Source: an uncultured Gemmatimonadales bacterium
GTDB lineage: Bacteria > Gemmatimonadota > Gemmatimonadetes > Gemmatimonadales > Gemmatimonadaceae
Length of the DNA: 64,000 bases
Assembly: GCA_963793305.1 (NCBI GenBank)
Contig: CAWBZV010000005.1
Location: 1,024,001 to 1,088,000 of the forward strand
Reading direction: 5' to 3'
The notes below the pieces were generated by a model, which was not told the DNA's origin, searched no databases, and saw only the letters and a program-made list of their open reading frames with translations. Below are positions 49,097 to 60,490 of the stretch, one piece after another. Position 1 is the first letter of the stretch, and every line of letters begins with the position of its first letter. The position numbers were made by a program, and so were the translations under genes.

Positions 49097-52000
49097 ATGC
49101 CGCAGGTCCCTCGCCCGCCTGGCCGCTGGTTCAGGCGTCTTCTCATCCTCGCGGGAGTAAGCCTCGTCGCTTCTGTGGCGGCACCACGACTCGCTCGGGC
49201 GCAGACGTGCCAGAACGCGGTAACACGTATCAGCCCCTGCGGCGGCTCGTTGGTCGTTTCGCCCGGAGCCACCAATCAGAAGCAGACCTTCACCGTCTAC
49301 GATCTGACCGCCAAGGGCCAGAGCTTCCTAGTGAGCGCGGCATGCACCGGCTACGTGACGTCGTGCTCGGCGTCGCCGACGACCGCCAATATCAATCCGA
49401 ATAGCTCCACACCGATCACGGTCACGTACAGCGTGAGTAATACGGGAGGCACCGGTCAAATCTCGCTGACCGGTAATGGTGTCACCGGCTACCTGAACAT
49501 CAACTCCCAACACCGACCCGCGATCGTGACGCTGCCGTACTACAACAACGACAACGTGCAGCCGACGCTCTGCTTCGCGAGTTGCTTCGACAAAGTGCTG
49601 ACGTACACGACGCCGGCCTACGTCACGCTGGATACACCGCACAATGTGACCCTCATGTATCGCAGCAATACCGCGAATCCGATGGTCACCGTCCAAGTCG
49701 ACGCGCTGGATAGTTCGACCGTCAGACCGTCGAAGATGTCGCTCAAGATCCAGCGGCCAAACGGCACTTTCGTGATGTTCACGAACGGGACGAACGAGTT
49801 GTATTTCCCGTTCTCGACGTTCGATTATGCCGGAGCGCCTGGCCGGGCAGTTCGCACCGGTGGCGCCGGACACGCTGACCAACGCGTACAACTACACCGC
49901 GATCGTCACCAGTTACTGGACCGATTCAACGGTGCTGTCGGGCAGCACACCGCTCCGGGTTCTCCTCGAGAACGACCGGTCGAGTGTGTTCGGCGCCGGT
50001 TGGACCGTCGCCGGCCAACAGACGATCCACGTGCAGTCGAACGGTGACGTCATGATCACCGACGGCATGGGCGCCATCAGCTATTTCAAGTTGAATACGC
50101 CCGGGTGCGTGCAAAGCTGTACCTTCACCTCCCCGAGCGGCGACTACACCGCGTTGACGACCAAAGCGGTGGATCAATTTGGCCGCCATTACGACCGCCG
50201 GTATCCCGACGGAACGACCTACGAGTTTCTCGGTGGCGGTGCATTGGCGGGCCTCTACGACAAGAACGGCAACCAGACCGTCTACTGGTACGACAGCCAG
50301 GGACGCGATTCGTTGATCAGTGACCCGCTCGGCTCGTCGTTCTCGTACGGCATGCACTTCGCGTACGGCAGTGGCACGGACGGCTGGAAGGCGGGCGCCA
50401 TCCGGCAGATCTACGATCCGTACGGTCGGTACACGTGGTTTGGCGTGGACGCCAACAACGACCAACGCCAGATCGAAGATCCGATGGGCGGTCAGTATGG
50501 TGGCATCCTGCTCACGATCTATGCCTTTTACAACACGCAACACCAGCTGGTCGCGAACATCGATCGCCACCAGGCCGCATGGCACTTCGGCTACGATTTC
50601 GCGGGGAAGCTCCTGGCCGATACGACGCCTCCGGTACTGGCCGATGGGGTGACGCAGGGGGTGGTGACCAAGTATCAATCGTCGGAGTCGACGTTCCTGA
50701 TCAACCCCAGTACTGACTCTGGCTCCGCCACGCTGTCCGCCGGACTCCGAGGCGGCGGTCCATGGGGGGCTTCGACAACGACCCCCGAAGGCCATCAAAC
50801 GAATTTCACGGTCGATCGCTGGGGGCAGCCCCTGACCGTCAACGACGCGAGCGGCGGCACGACGACGTATGCCCGGACCGGACCGTTCGCGACCGTCACG
50901 ACGCATCCCTGGGGCGCGATCGATACCACCACCTACACGAACGGGTTGTTGACGTACGAGCACGACTATCAGCGGCCCGCCATTCACGCCAGCTACGGCA
51001 ACTCGTTCGGCGTGCCCGACAGCGTTTGGGGATCGCACGTGCCATCCCGCCGGGTCTTCGTCCACGCGAATGGCGCCGTCGACAGCATCCGCGTCGCCGG
51101 CGCCTACACGACACACTTCTATTACGACGCGAGATTGCGCGATACGATGATCGTGGATCCGATCGGGCACGCCACCCACTACGCCTATGACCCGACGTTC
51201 GGCAACGAGGACAGCAGCGCAGGGCCCGGCAACGTGGTGGTGAAGCGGGGATTCAATGGCTACGGGCGCAATGTGTCCGAGACGGCGACGGGACTCCCCA
51301 CGTCGAACACGGTGTACGACGCGCTGAATCGCATCACCGAGCAGTACACGACGGGTCTGACGGACACGACCCGCTTCCGGTACGATAGCGCGTACCTCGT
51401 GCGCGTCCAGGATCCGAAGGGACAGGTGTATAAGCAGGATGTGAACGCGCTGGGATGGGGGATACGCACCTACGATCCCGCGGACACGATCAACCGACAC
51501 ACCGATTACACGTTCGACAAGGACGGCCACCGGACGAGCTTCACGAATCGCCGCGGGCAGCTCGTCTCGATCAGCTACGAGGCGCTCGGGCGCGTGAGCG
51601 CGATCAGCGGCGCGGTCGCGGCCGTCGACTCGTTCTCGTACTCCAGTAACCGGCGCGTGCTCGCCGCCTGGAATGCGGTCTCACGCGATACGTTCTACCT
51701 GTCGCCACGACTCTGGACCGACTCGGTGGTCACGCACATAGCGGGACGTCGCTTCTCCAAGGTGGACACCGCGACGCTGGGCGATCAGATCGCGTCGGTC
51801 ACATGGCATTCGGACCTGGGATTGGGCAACGTTCCCGTACGGCCAACGAACTTCACTTGGGACTCGATCTCGGGTGGCCTGGTCAGTTTCGGCATCGAGT
51901 CCGGTATCGGGGTCGACATTTTCTACGACGGCGCGCATCGGCGAGACTCGACGTGGTTCGCGAACATGGGGCTCTCGCGCATCGAGCAGTATACGACGCG

Positions 52001-53705
52001 CAACACGGTGTACCATGTGGCGTATCCCAATTTCGATAATTCGTCGGATTCGACGGCGGATACGGAGTTCGGCCGGTACTACGACTACGACGCACCGGGC
52101 CACATCATCAACGCGATCCAGCATCGCGCCGGCCACCTGAACTATCGCGCCTACGGGTACGACGGCCTCTCCGAACTGCTGCAAGCGACGAATAACGCCA
52201 CCTCGGCGCCGGGAGGATTTCCGGCCGTCGACTCGAGCTTCGGCGTTGGGGTATCCGGTGGCGATTCGACTGTCTTCTGGTACCCGGGGTACGACATCGT
52301 CGGGAACGATACCCTCGATAGCGATGCCCCGAATGTCTACTTCCACAATTCGTTCGCCGTCGGCAACCGCGTCCAGACGCACAATCTGCTGAACTATACC
52401 GAAGATCTCGACGGCAACGTGACCCGCCGCTACGATGCCAATCGCGATATCCGGTTCAACTGGAGCGGCGACGGATACCTGACGAGCGACAGTGTCGCTG
52501 GCACCGGTGAGACATGGCAGTACGACTACAATGCGCTGGGCCAGCTGGTCCGCCGCAGGCACAATGGTAATCCGGACCGATATTTCCTGTGGGACGGCGC
52601 GCAGCTCACGGCGGAGATGGATTCGCTCGCGCAAAACGCCATCGCGGGCTACTACTACTACCCGGGTTCGAACGAACCCGTGGAGATCGAGCACCACACC
52701 GGGAACGACTGGGATCCGGCCGAGTACTTGATCGTCGACCGGACGGGGAGCGTGATCGGTGCCCTGCAGAATGCATCAGGACTAACGGAGGTGCTCACCT
52801 ACGATCCCTGGGGCGTGCTCAATCCCGCGCTGTCGAACCTGTATACGCAGGGACAGGACAATCGACTGCGCTGGAAAGGAATGATGTGGGAAGGGGATTC
52901 GACGCAGCTGTACTACGCCGGGAGCCGGTGGTATGACCCCGTGCTGCGCCGTTTCATGAGCGAAGACCCGCTCGGATTGTCCGGCGGCATCAACGAGTAC
53001 ACCTTCGGTGGGAACGATCCGATCAACGCCGCGGATCCGACCGGCACGTGCGCTTACTGGATGGGTGGGGTCTTGGACAACGCGCCCGTGTTCAGCACCG
53101 GTCATGACCTCAGAGGTGACAACTTGATCTGCAGCGGAAGTAGCCCCTCGGATCCTTGGGTGACCTACATCCAACAGGTGAACGTGACGGCGCCCGCGCC
53201 GATCGCGCCGTCCGACCCGTGGATGGGCGTATCCGCAACGTATACCAACAGCGGGTTCCAGGTGATGGCCGTGCCAGGCTTGGGCAACGTCCACAGTGTC
53301 GATCATGCGTGGAACTTCAACAAAGACTGCGCGATGGCGTTGGGAGCGTTCGCGGCCGTTGCCGCTTCGGACGCGCTGATCGCCGCCAAGGTTGCCAAGA
53401 TCTTCCCGCTGGCATGGGAAGCCGCCAAGTTTGGAACGGCGTCGACGTTAGCTAAGCCGCTCATTTCGGGAACCGCGGCGACCGCCAGACTCTCTCGCGT
53501 GCTCGGCGCGGCGTCGATGTCGTACGCGACGTTGCGTGACGTGCATCTGACGGCCGATGGCCTCGAGTACTTGAATGGCTTGCAAGTCAGCGGCGGGGGG
53601 TCGAACGTGAATGACTTGGGGGATGTGCTCATGCACATCACGCCGTTCTTGGATCTCAAACCGGCCATGGACGACGCCAACGCATCCTGCCAGGAAAATC
53701 AATGA
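49097..53705 (+). CDS. Signal-peptide Rhs/YD-repeat polymorphic toxin (~1535 aa), split by a +1 insertion at 49820/49821
   Basis: Signal peptide and Ig-like N-terminus. Joins as YFPFSTSIMPERLAGQF. YD repeats, RWYDPVLRRFMSEDPLG...NDPINAADPTG core end, then a ~219-aa tip. Confidence 0.9.
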
Positions 53706-54130
53706 AACAACCAGAGGGAGAGCCGGCCCCATCGCAATGGATGCGGGACCTGCGTTGGGGAGCTGCGATCGGACTCTTCGTGGGGACCGTGCTCTCCCTC
53801 TGGGTCTGTGCGGTTTCCTTAACAACCGGCAGGACGGAGTTCCCGCGGCTGGGAATGAGCCTCGGAGCCGTGGTCGCCTTTTACTACTTGGGTGCCCTGA
53901 TTGTCGGCCTGATCATCGGCCTGCTTCGGCCAGCGACGCGGACCGCATTCGGCGCCATGGCCGTCGGCGTCATCGCCGGGCTGCCGGCGGGAGCGTTGAT
54001 GGACATCTGGACCTACACCGGCCCGCTGACAGGTTGGTTCGAGGCGCGCTGGTGGTTCCCGGTTGTCGTGAGCCTGGCCGTCGGTGCGCCGGCGGGCTAC
54101 ATGATTTGGCGCCAGAATCGCTCGGGATGA
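53702..54130 (+). CDS. Four-TM membrane protein, putative Rhs immunity protein
   Basis: ATGA-coupled to the rhs stop. Four hydrophobic segments. Confidence 0.7.
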   Translation: MKQPEGEPAPSQWMRDLRWGAAIGLFVGTVLSLWVCAVSLTTGRTEFPRLGMSLGAVVAFYYLGALIVGLIIGLLRPATRTAFGAMAVGVIAGLPAGALMDIWTYTGPLTGWFEARWWFPVVVSLAVGAPAGYMIWRQNRSG

Positions 54131-54448
54131 TAGACCAAGGATAGGGATGTCGGCCCCGGGCCGCGCCTGCGCCATTATCCCTAGGTGCCCACTGAAGCCC
54201 AATCCCTCGGCCTACTCTCGCGGGATTCGAAGTCCTCGATGACCTTCGCGGACCAAAGCAGCCAGAATTCCGGCTCGACCGGTCTTGTGACCGAGCCAAT
54301 GTAGTGACGAGATCGCTCGACCCGACATTAGGTGGCGCATGCCCCTGCCTTCGAGTTCGTCACTCCATTGTGAGGTCATCCCATTCGCTCACTTGCCGAT
54401 TTCATCGAATCGACATTCTTCGAAGCCGTATTCATTCCCGTCCTCGTC

Positions 54449-54862
54449 GTGTGCGTCGGTATTGCCCTTCGCTTGCTCAGCATGCGATCCGATGATCAAC
54501 GTCGGCCAGTCGACGCGTATGCTGCTGGCTGGGATCTCATGGTTGCGGGATCCGTGCTGGCGTGCGAGACGCTCTTTCAACTCCTTCGGTGCTCGCATGA
54601 ACCGGGCATTCCCAACCCGTTCTGCGCTCGGTATTCGCGAATGGCGAGGGCCGCGAACGTGACATCCGATGAGTATGTTACACTCAGCATCGGCTTCTTT
54701 CTCGTCGTCGCCCTGTTGGCCCTCGTCATAACGAGCCTGGTTCGCAGGTTCGGCTGGAACCGCGATGCCAGAGAGTGGCGACTGAACCGCGTCGGCGTGG
54801 TCCTGCCGTGGATTGGTGGACTGATGGTCGTATTTGGCGTGTTCTACTTGAGGGGCTACTGA
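54449..54862 (+). CDS. Hypothetical multi-TM membrane protein (frame open back to ATT 54383)
   Basis: 3-4 hydrophobic segments, lower GC. GAGGT precedes an in-frame ATT at 54383. Confidence 0.55.
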   Translation: MCVGIALRLLSMRSDDQRRPVDAYAAGWDLMVAGSVLACETLFQLLRCSHEPGIPNPFCARYSRMARAANVTSDEYVTLSIGFFLVVALLALVITSLVRRFGWNRDAREWRLNRVGVVLPWIGGLMVVFGVFYLRGY

Positions 54863-54864
54863 GA

Positions 54865-55266
54865 ATGCACGCAAAATCGCGGCGGTTTACTGCCACGCTT
54901 ATTTTCGCGACAGCTGGCTTTGGCCTCGTCGGCCTAACCCTGGCGGTATTCACAATGAACGGCCAGCCGGTGAGCGAGCAGTCACGTCTGTGGTATCTGC
55001 CACTCACAATCGCGGGAGGGCTTCTCGCCGCCGCGATTGTTCGAATTTTTGAGTCCTCTTCCAAGCCCGTCTCCATCTGGGAGCAATATCTCATGGGGAA
55101 ACTTGGACCGGTCGACGACGAGCTGTTGCGTCGTATGACCGAAGAGGTGATGGCAGAACTAGTCGAGAAGCACGGGATGACTCTGGAGCGCGCATCCAAG
55201 CCCGAAGCCGGTAGCGCCCGCACCCCGGCTCAGCCCGATCTGTTCGAGAAATTCAGACGCAACTAA
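54865..55266 (+). CDS. Hypothetical two-TM protein with a soluble C-terminal tail
   Basis: ATG 2 bp after the previous stop. Two TM segments, then a charged helical tail. Confidence 0.55.
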   Translation: MHAKSRRFTATLIFATAGFGLVGLTLAVFTMNGQPVSEQSRLWYLPLTIAGGLLAAAIVRIFESSSKPVSIWEQYLMGKLGPVDDELLRRMTEEVMAELVEKHGMTLERASKPEAGSARTPAQPDLFEKFRRN

Positions 55267-55328
55267 CAAGGATGATCCCGTCATGAAGCCGATGACGTGG
55301 TTGCCGAACGCAGTGTTTAGCATCGGGC

Positions 55329-55703
55329 ATGCTCACCGATGCCCAAACCCTCGGCCTCCTCGGCGAACGGATCGCCGCGAAATGGCTGCGGCGCCGCGGC
55401 TGGCGGGTGCTGGAGCATCGGTTCAAGAACGGGCACCGGGACCTGGACCTCGTAGTCCAAAGGGGTAAGACCGTCGCGTTCGTCGAGGTCAAAACACGAA
55501 CCGACCTCTGCTTTGGCGGCCCCGTCAGCGCCGTCGACTTCTTCAAACTCCAGCAGCTACGGCGCTCGGCCGTGGTCTGGATGTCGCGCTACGGCCGATC
55601 CGGCCTGGAATACCGGATCGATGTGGTTGCCGTGTGGATAAGTGGCTGCGATGTGAAAATCTACCATGTGGAAAACGCGCATGTTTTCCACTTGGATGGT
55701 TGA
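55329..55703 (+). CDS. yraN: YraN-family (UPF0102) nuclease-like protein
   Basis: LGERIAAKWLRRRGWRVL, DLDLV, AFVEVKTR and YRIDVVAV. Confidence 0.93.
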   Translation: MLTDAQTLGLLGERIAAKWLRRRGWRVLEHRFKNGHRDLDLVVQRGKTVAFVEVKTRTDLCFGGPVSAVDFFKLQQLRRSAVVWMSRYGRSGLEYRIDVVAVWISGCDVKIYHVENAHVFHLDG

Positions 55704-55717
55704 TTTTCGCCTGTGCA

Positions 55718-55732
55718 GTTCGCATTTTGTTC
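55718..55732 (+). promoter_or_regulatory. Candidate LexA (SOS) box GTTC-N7-GTTC
   Basis: GTTCGCATTTTGTTC about 95 bp upstream of recA, just before a TATTCT -10-like hexamer (55737-55742). Confidence 0.6.
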
Positions 55733-55824
55733 GGGGTATTCTGGCGGCCGCTCGCGATGGGTAGATTTACCCACTCCTACGCGGCCAGGCGTGGGCTCAC
55801 CACCAAAAAAATCGGGCGGAACCA

Positions 55825-56880
55825 ATGGCGGTGTCGACGGCGCAAGATGATCGCAAGAAAGCACTGAACCTGGCCATCGCACAAATCGAAAAGAATTGTG
55901 GAAAGGGCTCCATCATGCGGATGGGCCCCGATGCGCCGCGCATCCGCGTCGAAGCAGTATCGACCGGAGCAATCAATCTCGACGCCGCAATCGGCGTCGG
56001 CGGTATTCCCCGCGGTCGCATCACCGAGATCTACGGTCCCGAGTCGAGCGGCAAGACAACACTCTGTTTGCACGTCGTCGCCAATGCTCAGCGCGGCGGC
56101 GGTGTCGCTGCCTACATCGACGCCGAACACGCGCTCGATACCGAATACGCCAAAAAGCTCGGCGTCGATATCGAGAATCTGTTGATCTCGCAGCCCGACA
56201 CCGGCGAGCAAGCACTCGAGATCTGCGAGATCCTCGTTCGCTCGGGCGCCGTCGATGTCATCGTGATCGACTCCGTCGCGGCCCTCGTGCCGAAGGCCGA
56301 GATCGAGGGCGATATGGGCGACTCGCACATGGGCTTGCAAGCGCGCCTCATGAGTCAGGCGCTGCGCAAGCTCACCGGTGCCATCGCCCGGTCGAAGTGC
56401 AGCGTGATCTTCATCAATCAGCTCCGCGAGAAGATCGGCGTCATGTTCGGCAATCCCGAGACGACGACGGGCGGCAAAGCGCTCAAGTTCTACGCCTCGG
56501 TTCGTCTCGATATCCGCCGGATCGGACCGGTCAAAGAGAAAGAAGACGTTATCGGCTCTCACGTCCGCGTGAAAGTCGTGAAGAACAAAGTCGCGCCGCC
56601 CTTCAAGCAGGCCGAGTTCGACATCATGTACGCCGAGGGGATCAGCCACACGTCCCTCCTGGTCGACATCGGCGCCGAGAGCGGCATCATCGAGAAGTCA
56701 GGCGCGTGGTACAGCTACGGCTCCCAGCGCATCGGGCAGGGCCGCGAAAACGCGAAGATGTTCTTGAAGGACAACCCCACCCTCATGGCCGAGATCGAGG
56801 AGAAAGTGAAGGGCATCCTCGGCATGCGGGCAGATCTCGTTGGCGCCGGCGATTCCGGCGAGGCGGCCACGGACGATTGA
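55825..56880 (+). CDS. recA: Recombinase RecA
   Basis: [29 protein letters not shown] and [14 protein letters not shown]. Confidence 0.99.
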   Translation: MAVSTAQDDRKKALNLAIAQIEKNCGKGSIMRMGPDAPRIRVEAVSTGAINLDAAIGVGGIPRGRITEIYGPESSGKTTLCLHVVANAQRGGGVAAYIDAEHALDTEYAKKLGVDIENLLISQPDTGEQALEICEILVRSGAVDVIVIDSVAALVPKAEIEGDMGDSHMGLQARLMSQALRKLTGAIARSKCSVIFINQLREKIGVMFGNPETTTGGKALKFYASVRLDIRRIGPVKEKEDVIGSHVRVKVVKNKVAPPFKQAEFDIMYAEGISHTSLLVDIGAESGIIEKSGAWYSYGSQRIGQGRENAKMFLKDNPTLMAEIEEKVKGILGMRADLVGAGDSGEAATDD

Positions 56881-56903
56881 TTGTGCCGACTATGTCCGGC
56901 CAA

Positions 56904-57093
56904 GAAGGGGGCCGAGGAGACCAACCGCTGTGTGAAGTACAGGGCCCGGATCCCTGTACTGTGCACGGCGACGCTCCTCGGCCTCTTTGCATTCGCAAAG
57001 AGGCCGAGGACCGTCGTCATACGCATTTGCGGCTGTCGCCGCACATGCAGTTCGTTCTCCTCCGGGGGGCGAACCCCAACTACGCCCCCCGGA
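56904..57093 (+). other. Multi-hairpin recA-recX intergenic element (attenuator, structured RNA or palindromic repeat)
   Basis: Perfect stems: 16 bp (56975-56990/56995-57010), 10 bp (56910-56919/56974-56983), 9 bp (56936-56944/56952-56960) and 11 bp (57061-57071/57083-57093). Confidence 0.7.
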
Positions 57094-57106
57094 CCCCCCA
57101 AGGGCG

Positions 57107-57738
57107 ATGACACTGCCGGTCATGCTCGACCGTCATATCCTGACGCGCGACGCGAGGGGCGGCTCGCGGTTCTGGTTGACGGCCAACCGGCCGCGGTGGT
57201 CTCGCTCGACGACATAGAGCGCCTCAATCTCCACGTCGGCGCGACGATCGATCCCGCCGCCTTGTCGGAGGCCGACGCGGACTGCGCGCTCTACGATCGG
57301 GCCCTTCGGCTGCTCGCGGCCCGATCTCGATCGGCGGCCGAGATCCGGCGCCGCCTGCGTCGCGACGGCGCCGTGGCCGATCGCATTGAGCGCGTCGTCG
57401 GGACCCTCGTGTCTCGCGGATTCCTCGACGATGCCGCGCATGCGCGAGCGGTCACCCGCTCGCGCGTACGCTCCCGTGCCGCCTCGTCTCGCCGCATCGA
57501 GCAGGAGCTGCGCCGACAGGGCGTGGCCTCCGACGTGGCCACCGAGGCCATCACCGAGGTGTTCGCTGACGAGGCAGTCGATGAGAGCGCGGTCGCACTG
57601 GCGGTCGCGCGCAAGCGCGCCACGCTATTGGCCGATCTGCCCGCCCCGGTGCAACGGCGGCGGTTATATGGGTTCCTCGCCCGGCGAGGCTACAGCCCGG
57701 ATATCGTTCGCGCGGCGGTGGAAGCGGTCCTGAAATAG
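57107..57738 (+). CDS. recX: Regulatory protein RecX (5' end uncertain or frame-disrupted)
   Basis: ALRLLAARSRSAAEIRRRL, GFLDDAAHA, IEQELRRQGV and RLYGFLARRGY. The ATG at 57107 is not in the main frame. Confidence 0.88.
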
Positions 57739-57754
57739 CCCGTATATTGGTTGG

Positions 57755-60490
57755 ATGCCGACGATGACCGCCGCCGAGATTCGTAGACGCTTCCTGGAAT
57801 ATTTCCGGGCGCACGGTCACGCCTTGCTCCCGAGCTCGTCGCTCGTGCCGAGCGATGACCCGACGCTGCTGTTCACCAACGCGGGGATGGTGCAATTCAA
57901 GCGCATCTTCCTCGGTCTCCAACAACTGCCCGCCGAACGCCGCGCGACGACGTCGCAGAAGTGCGTGCGCGCCGGCGGCAAGCACAACGATCTCGAGCAA
58001 GTGGGCCGCACCTTCCGGCACCACACGTTCTTCGAGATGCTCGGGAACTTCAGCTTCGGCGATTACTTCAAGCGAGACGCGATCACGTTTGCGTGGGAGT
58101 TCGTCACGCGTGACCTCGGAATCGCCCCCGAGCACCTCCGGGTCAGCGTGTATCGCCCGGACGATGAGGCGCGCTCACTCTGGCGCGAGATCGCGGGTCT
58201 CCCCGACTCTCGGATCTACGGCCTCGGCGAAGCCGACAACTTCTGGCAGATGGGCGACACGGGCCCGTGCGGACCGTGCTCGGAGATTTACGTCGACCTC
58301 ATCCCGTTGGTCAAAGACTGGCGCTTCCCTGAGGGCGCGACCGGCGAGTGGACGGACACGCACCGGGACACGTTCTCGGAGGCTGCCTTCGTCGAGGGCG
58401 CCGAGGCCGGCCGGTTCCTGGAAATCTGGAACCTGGTCTTCATGCAGTTCGACCGCCAGCCGAACGGCGAGCTCGTCCCGCTGCCGAAACCGTCGGTCGA
58501 CACCGGCGCGGGCCTCGAGCGGATCGCGGCGGCGCTCCAGGGCGTCACGAGCAACTATCACACGGACCTCTTCACGCCTTTGCTGAAAGCGGTCGAGCAA
58601 GCCGTCGGCCGCCCGTATCGCGGCCGCGACCCGCTCGCGCCCGTTGAGCGCATCGGCCGCGCGATCGACGATCCCGCGTCCTATCGCGTCATCGCCGACC
58701 ACGCGCGCGCGGTCGCGTTCCTGCTCGCCGATGGCGTGACACCGGCGAACGACGGCCGCGGGTACGTCCTCCGCCGCATCCTTCGCCGCGCAGTCCGGCA
58801 CGCGTGGCTCCTCGGCCGCAACGAGCCTACGCTGGTCAATGTCGTGCAGGCGGTGATCGACACCATGCACGACGTCTATCCGGAGCTCAAGCACCGCCAA
58901 CGCTATCTGCTGGAACAAACGCGGGGCGAGGAAGAACGCTTTCTGGCGACGATCGCCGGCGGCATGTCGCGCTTCGACGAAATCGCTCCCCCGGTCAGCG
59001 CACACGGCCCTGACACGATCAGTGGCGAGGACGCCTTCCGACTGTACGACACGTTCGGGTTCCCGTTCGACCTGACAGAGCTCATGGCGCGGGAACGCGG
59101 TTACACCGTCGACGTTGAGGGGTTTGAGGCCGCTCTCGCGGCGCAGCGCACCATGTCCCAGGAGGAGCGCCGCGCGCGGCAGCTCACCGTTGAGGGCGAC
59201 GAGCTGACTGGCGCCTGGACTGGTGACGCCAAGGCGAAAGACGCCTTCGTGGGCTACGACGAGCTCGAGATCAAGACGCGGGTCGTCGCCAAAAAAGACC
59301 TGAAAGACGGCCGGGTCGCGCTCGTGCTCGAACAGCGCCCGTTCTATCTCGAGTCCGGCGGCCAGATCTCCGACAAAGGTGAGATCGTGGGCGACGGCTG
59401 GCGCATGGACGTCGAGGATGTCAGAAAAGCGGACGAACGGGTCGCGATCATAGGTCGGGTCGATGGCAAATTCGAGCTCGGCCCCGTCACCGCGAGAGTC
59501 CCGCGCGACGTCCGTCTCGACACCGAGCGAAATCACACGGCCACTCACTTACTGCACGCGGCACTGCGTACAGTCCTGGGAGAACACGTACACCAGCGTG
59601 GCTCGCTCGTCGCGCCGGACCGCCTACGGTTCGACTTCAGCCACAACACGCCGATGCGCCCCGAGCAGATCGGCGAAGTCGAGCGTATCGTCAACCGCGA
59701 GATCTGGCGCGCGATCCCCGTGGTCCGCGAGCAACGCCCGCTGGCCGAGGCGCGCGCGGCGGGCGCGATGGCGCTGTTCGGCGAGAAATACGGCGACATC
59801 GTCCGCGTGATCAGCGTTCCGGGCTTCTCGATGGAGCTCTGCGGCGGAACGCACTTGAGGAACACCAGCGAGGTCGGGCTCTTCAAGATCGTCTCCGAGA
59901 CCGGCGTCGGCAGCGGCACGCGACGCATCGAGGCCCTGACCGGCCCCGGGGCATTCGAGCATCTGGAGCAGTACGAGCGCGCGATCACCCGAATCAGCGA
60001 ATCGCTCAAAGCGCCGGCCGAGCCCGAAGGAATCGTGACGCGCGTCGAGCAGGTCATTGCCGACCGCCGATCACTGGAGAAACGCCTCGCCGATGCGCAA
60101 CGTGGCGGCGGGGATGAGCTCCGGCGACTCCTCGACCAGGCGGTCGCCGTCGACGGCGCCCGCGTGGTCGCCGCTCGCCTGGAACCACCACCCGAAGACC
60201 TCAAAGCGTTGCAGACGCTCGGCGATGCGCTGCGAGAGCAGCTGCGCACGGGTGTCGGCGTCCTGGCCGCGTCGTTCCCGGATGGCAAGAACACGTTGCT
60301 GGTCGTCGTCACCGATGACCTCCGCGAGCGCGGTCTGCGCGCGGACACGCTGGTCGGCGAGCTCGCCGCGGCCGCCGGCGGCAAGGGTGGCGGCAAGCCG
60401 CACATGGCGCAGGCCGGCATTCCCGACCCGTCACGCATCGCGGCGGCGCTGGATGCCGTGGTGCCCACCGTGCGGGCGCGCCTGTCGTGA
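57755..60490 (+). CDS. alaS: Alanine--tRNA ligase
   Basis: LLFTNAGMVQFK, HHTFFEMLGNFSFGDYFK, NHTATHLLH, ELCGGTH and GGKGGGKP. Confidence 0.99.
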   Translation: MPTMTAAEIRRRFLEYFRAHGHALLPSSSLVPSDDPTLLFTNAGMVQFKRIFLGLQQLPAERRATTSQKCVRAGGKHNDLEQVGRTFRHHTFFEMLGNFSFGDYFKRDAITFAWEFVTRDLGIAPEHLRVSVYRPDDEARSLWREIAGLPDSRIYGLGEADNFWQMGDTGPCGPCSEIYVDLIPLVKDWRFPEGATGEWTDTHRDTFSEAAFVEGAEAGRFLEIWNLVFMQFDRQPNGELVPLPKPSVDTGAGLERIAAALQGVTSNYHTDLFTPLLKAVEQAVGRPYRGRDPLAPVERIGRAIDDPASYRVIADHARAVAFLLADGVTPANDGRGYVLRRILRRAVRHAWLLGRNEPTLVNVVQAVIDTMHDVYPELKHRQRYLLEQTRGEEERFLATIAGGMSRFDEIAPPVSAHGPDTISGEDAFRLYDTFGFPFDLTELMARERGYTVDVEGFEAALAAQRTMSQEERRARQLTVEGDELTGAWTGDAKAKDAFVGYDELEIKTRVVAKKDLKDGRVALVLEQRPFYLESGGQISDKGEIVGDGWRMDVEDVRKADERVAIIGRVDGKFELGPVTARVPRDVRLDTERNHTATHLLHAALRTVLGEHVHQRGSLVAPDRLRFDFSHNTPMRPEQIGEVERIVNREIWRAIPVVREQRPLAEARAAGAMALFGEKYGDIVRVISVPGFSMELCGGTHLRNTSEVGLFKIVSETGVGSGTRRIEALTGPGAFEHLEQYERAITRISESLKAPAEPEGIVTRVEQVIADRRSLEKRLADAQRGGGDELRRLLDQAVAVDGARVVAARLEPPPEDLKALQTLGDALREQLRTGVGVLAASFPDGKNTLLVVVTDDLRERGLRADTLVGELAAAAGGKGGGKPHMAQAGIPDPSRIAAALDAVVPTVRARLS

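Noticed and set aside
49097..53705. T6SS-delivered Rhs effector
   Set aside because: No PAAR, VgrG or EagR-type gene or domain is present, and the N-terminus is a signal peptide.
56881..57106. N-terminal extension of RecX (ORF 56881-57738)
   Set aside because: The first ~75 codons translate a palindromic non-coding-looking region and have no RBS.
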